This document shows, in pieces, positions 15,803 through 19,004 of a stretch of 19,004 bases of DNA. Source of the stretch: a bacterium. Its GTDB lineage: Bacteria; Arandabacterota; Arandabacteria; Arandabacterales; JALGWA01. The stretch lies in assembly GCA_050125095.1 (NCBI GenBank), contig JASFEA010000057.1, forward strand, positions 1 through 19,004, in the 5' to 3' direction. Numbering within the stretch: the first letter of the stretch is position 1; every line of letters begins with the position of its first letter. Made by a program: the position numbers and the translations under genes. The notes beneath the pieces were generated by a model. The model was not told the DNA's origin and ran no database searches. It worked only from the letters and a program-made list of their open reading frames with translations.

Positions 15803-17158
15803 TCAGGATCCGGAGATCCTGTCGAGTTCTTCAACGCTTATGCCGAGTTCGCGCGCGGCCAGGTCCTTCTGATTGGAGAAGTGCTCCAGCGTTCTCAGCA
15901 CATAGTCCCTGACGACGACGTCGAGCTTCCTGGGCACGAAGGTCTCCGCGATCCCGGCCTTCTCGCCCTCGACCATCTGGCGAATGGACGGCGGCAGCGA
16001 CTCCACTGTCAGCATGTCTGCTTCCTCGTTCGCCACCGCGCCGGCTATGATGGTGCGAAGCTCCATGACGTTGCTGGGGAAGTTGTAGCCCCTGAGATAG
16101 TCCAGAACCTCGGCCGCCACTCCCTTGAAGGTCCTCCCGGCCTTCTCGGACTCCTCTTCCAGGAGCTTCTCTACGAGAATCGGAAGGTCATCCATGCGGT
16201 CGCGCAGGGGCGGTATATATATCGAATTGATCATCAGGTGGTAGAGAACGTCCCGGGAGAATCTGTCCTGGTACTCAGGACTGGTGAGATCAACCGTGGA
16301 GGCGACTATCATGCGGACATCGGCCTTTCTTATATGCGTCGAGTTCTCCCTGTAGAATTCGCCGGTCTGCAGGAACCGCTTGAGCCTTACCTGCATTGAG
16401 CTGGAGAGGGCGTCAATGTGGTTCAGGAAGAGCGTGCCCTGGTTTGCTTCCTCGAGGATCCCCGGGCTCTCTTCGCGGGTGCCACCCCAGGTCCTGTCCT
16501 GGCCGAAGAAGAAGGCCGGGAAGGTGTCCGGATCCTGGCTGTCGGCCTCCGCGGCCACGAACGGCTTGTCGCTTCGCTTGCTCGCATTGTGGATTGCGCG
16601 CGCGAGGGCCTCCTTGCCGGTGCCGCTCTCGCCCCAGATGAATATGCTGAGGTCGCTTGCCGCTATCTTCTCCGCCTGGTGGAAGAGGCGTATCATCGCC
16701 TGGTCGCGCGTCGAGAAATGCTCGAATGCGTCCTCATGCTCGAGGTCCTTGCGCGTGAGCTTCTCCGGAAGCGTCTTGATGTTCCGGTGCAGGACGCGAT
16801 GCTCCATTGCGTTATTGAGGACCTCGAGGAGTTTCTCGTCATCCGTGGGCTTTATCAGATAGTCGAATGCCCCCAGCTTCATTGCTTTCACGGCCAGGTC
16901 GACGTCGCTTACGCCGGTCAGCACGACGACCGGAATGTCAAGGCCCCTGCTGTGCATCTCGTTCAATATGTCCATGCCGCTCACATTGGGCATGTCCATG
17001 TCTAGCAGTACTATGTCGAAAGCGTCGGCTTTCAGTAGTTGACTCACTTCCCGGGAGTCGTTGACCACAGTGGTCTCAAACAGGCCCGTCTGCATCAGGA
17101 AGACCATGAGGTAATTGGTAACGGCGGGGTCATCATCGACGATCAGGATCTTCTTCAT
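15803..17158 (-). CDS. NtrC/AtoC-like response regulator (REC-AAA+-Fis HTH) with degenerate sigma54-activation and ATPase motifs, 451 aa
   Basis: Receiver ILIVDDD / LLDMDMP / LTG / KP is intact, as is Walker A GESGTGKE. Also ARAIH, PFV and PPLRDR.DD. GAFTGA, Walker B, R-finger and sensor II are altered. ATGA overlap with the kinase stop. Confidence 0.92.
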   Translation of the reverse strand: MKKILIVDDDPAVTNYLMVFLMQTGLFETTVVNDSREVSQLLKADAFDIVLLDMDMPNVSGMDILNEMHSRGLDIPVVVLTGVSDVDLAVKAMKLGAFDYLIKPTDDEKLLEVLNNAMEHRVLHRNIKTLPEKLTRKDLEHEDAFEHFSTRDQAMIRLFHQAEKIAASDLSIFIWGESGTGKEALARAIHNASKRSDKPFVAAEADSQDPDTFPAFFFGQDRTWGGTREESPGILEEANQGTLFLNHIDALSSSMQVRLKRFLQTGEFYRENSTHIRKADVRMIVASTVDLTSPEYQDRFSRDVLYHLMINSIYIPPLRDRMDDLPILVEKLLEEESEKAGRTFKGVAAEVLDYLRGYNFPSNVMELRTIIAGAVANEEADMLTVESLPPSIRQMVEGEKAGIAETFVPRKLDVVVRDYVLRTLEHFSNQKDLAARELGISVEELDRISGS

Positions 17159-19002
17159 TCAGCGTCCTCCGATGCTGCACTGGCGCCCTTGGTGGCCGGT
17201 ATCTTTATGGTGAAGGTGGTCCCCTCGCCGAGCTCGCTCGCGACGGACATGTGGCCCCCGTGTTCCTCCACAATGCGGTAGGCGATGGCGAGACCGAGAC
17301 CTGTCCCGCCCTTCGCGCGCTTGGTGGTGAAGAAGGGATCGAATATCTGCTTCAAGGTCTTCTCGGTCATGCCCTGCCCGTCATCCTCTATGTCGACCAG
17401 GATATCCCCGTTTTCCTCGCGGGTCCTTACGGTTATGGCACCCTTAGTGTCGTCCGGCATCGCCTGGCCCGCGTTCACCAGCAGATTTATGAGGACCTGC
17501 TCTATCTTCTGGGAATTCCCTATGAAGGTCGGGAGATTATCGGCCAGCTCGAGGTTGATGTCGGCCCGTTTGTGAACCTCATTGTGCACCAGTCTTGTGC
17601 TCGCTTCTATGAGTGTGTTCATGTCGACGGTGTCCACGAGAAGCCCCTCGTCCTTGCGCGCGAATGTCCGGAGGCCCTCTACAATGGCCTTGATCCTCTC
17701 CGAGCCATGCGCCATGTCGTTGACCAGCATCATTATGTGCTCTCTGAAGAAGTCGTAGTTCAGGCGGGCGATCTTCAGGTCCTCATGCGACTTCTGATAC
17801 TCGTCGACGATGGGCAGCATGTCCTCCAGGGCCTGCTTCAATATCTTTATGTTGCCGCGGATGAACTGGTTGGGGTTGTTGATCTCGTGTCCGATCCCGC
17901 TTACCAGCTGTCCCAGGGAGGCGAGCTTGTCGGCCTGTTGAAGCTGCTGCTCGTATGTCTTTTCCAGCGTCACGTCCCTGTAAAACTCGAGTATGCCGTC
18001 GACTTCGTGTTCTTTGTTGTAGACCGGAAGGGCGTGCACCTCGAGGTACTTGTCCTCATGCTTCATGGAGATGGTGAGAGGGGTCTTGTCCACGAGGATC
18101 CTGGCGAGCCTGCAGTTCTCGCACGGCCTGTCGCGGTCGAAGAAGACCTCATAGCAGTGTTTGCCCGCTGCGTCGACCTCCCGGTTGGTCATTACAATCC
18201 GGCGCTGCTTGTCGATCAGCACCGCCTCGTCCGGAATGGCCTTGAACATGGTTTCAAGCCGACCCGTGGCCTCTTCCATGCTGCTTGAGACGCGGGCGAG
18301 ATAGGAGTCCACCACGCTCAGCTTCTGGCGCTGTTCGTCAAGCTCGTGCGTGCGCGCGGCGATTTCGTTTTCGAGTTCCACGAGGCGCCGGTTGAATTCG
18401 GCCTCCTCTTCCTGCTTCATGCTTAGCTTGTCCCGGAACTCCTTGCGGCCCAGCGCGAAACTGAGGGCGCGGGCGATCTCGTTGAGCATCTTCTGCTCTT
18501 CAGGCAGAATCTCGTGCCTGTCATCTGCGTAGCCGATCCGGATCTCGCCCTTTTCTCTATCCCCGACCACGAGGCGGGTGGATATGAAGTTGCTCGATGT
18601 CGGCTTATCACCGTATTCCACGCCCTCGTAAACCGAATAGATCATAACTTCCTCGGGAGCCAGCATGCCGGGCCCGAGGTATTTCGGGAGTTCCGAGAAG
18701 AAGGCGTTGATCGAAGGAGAGACCTCTATCCACTCCATCACGCTGTAGATGCAGGCCAGCTCCTTGACCCTCTCTTCCCTCTCGGTCTTGGTGTCGCTGG
18801 CGAGGACTTCGAGCTTCTGGCCGAAGAAGATGCATAATGTCCTGTCGTTCGCCGAAGTGCAGCCCACCTTCATGGGGATGGAGCGCGAAGAATCGCTGGC
18901 GGGAGAGAACACGGCGATGGCCCTGTTCCCGGCCCTGGCACGGGCCATGGCGGTCCTGAAGGTGCCGAGCGAGAAATCGGACGCGACCTCTTCAAGCCGC
19001 AT
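17155..19002 (-). CDS. NtrB-like PAS sensor histidine kinase, probably 5'-truncated by the window edge
   Basis: ERVKELACIY block, coiled coil, PAS with a C-x10-C-x2-C motif, H-box LASLGQLVSGIGHEINNP, N-box QVLINLLVNA, DDGQGM, IFDPFFTTK and GTGLGL. The frame is open to the window end. Confidence 0.93.
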   Translation of the reverse strand: MRLEEVASDFSLGTFRTAMARARAGNRAIAVFSPASDSSRSIPMKVGCTSANDRTLCIFFGQKLEVLASDTKTEREERVKELACIYSVMEWIEVSPSINAFFSELPKYLGPGMLAPEEVMIYSVYEGVEYGDKPTSSNFISTRLVVGDREKGEIRIGYADDRHEILPEEQKMLNEIARALSFALGRKEFRDKLSMKQEEEAEFNRRLVELENEIAARTHELDEQRQKLSVVDSYLARVSSSMEEATGRLETMFKAIPDEAVLIDKQRRIVMTNREVDAAGKHCYEVFFDRDRPCENCRLARILVDKTPLTISMKHEDKYLEVHALPVYNKEHEVDGILEFYRDVTLEKTYEQQLQQADKLASLGQLVSGIGHEINNPNQFIRGNIKILKQALEDMLPIVDEYQKSHEDLKIARLNYDFFREHIMMLVNDMAHGSERIKAIVEGLRTFARKDEGLLVDTVDMNTLIEASTRLVHNEVHKRADINLELADNLPTFIGNSQKIEQVLINLLVNAGQAMPDDTKGAITVRTREENGDILVDIEDDGQGMTEKTLKQIFDPFFTTKRAKGGTGLGLAIAYRIVEEHGGHMSVASELGEGTTFTIKIPATKGASAASEDAE

Positions 19003-19004
19003 GG

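Overview
GC-rich bacterial chromosomal window of mostly accessory and regulatory genes. No integrase, transposase, CRISPR array or rRNA is visible. Left to right: the 3' end of an M24 (Xaa-Pro) peptidase; a three-gene cassette at the 3' end of tRNA-Asn(GUU) (a lower-GC secreted Cys-type arylsulfatase, a 92-aa hypothetical, and a divergent putative wHTH/TolB-like/TPR protein); the tRNA with a near-consensus sigma70 promoter; aquaporin Z; a secreted beta-lactamase-fold serine hydrolase with a TPR; a probable operon of a pyruvate-kinase-C-like (COG1751) protein, a VOC protein and a nucleotidyltransferase; a zinc-ribbon/Hanks kinase/TolB-like/TPR protein; an S46 dipeptidyl peptidase; an SDR-type L-threonine 3-dehydrogenase; and a PAS histidine kinase (cut by the window edge) coupled to an NtrC-like regulator. 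Three signals stand out. (1) The NtrC-like regulator looks like a pseudo-ATPase: GAFTGA, Walker B, R-finger and sensor II are all substituted, while the receiver domain and Walker A are intact. (2) Three phased 10-bp repeats lie in the divergent promoter between the TPR gene and the small-protein/sulfatase genes, suggesting an uncharacterised one-component regulatory module. (3) The aqpZ leader can fold so that the ribosome-binding site is sequestered. All family calls come from motif recognition by eye; no database search was run.
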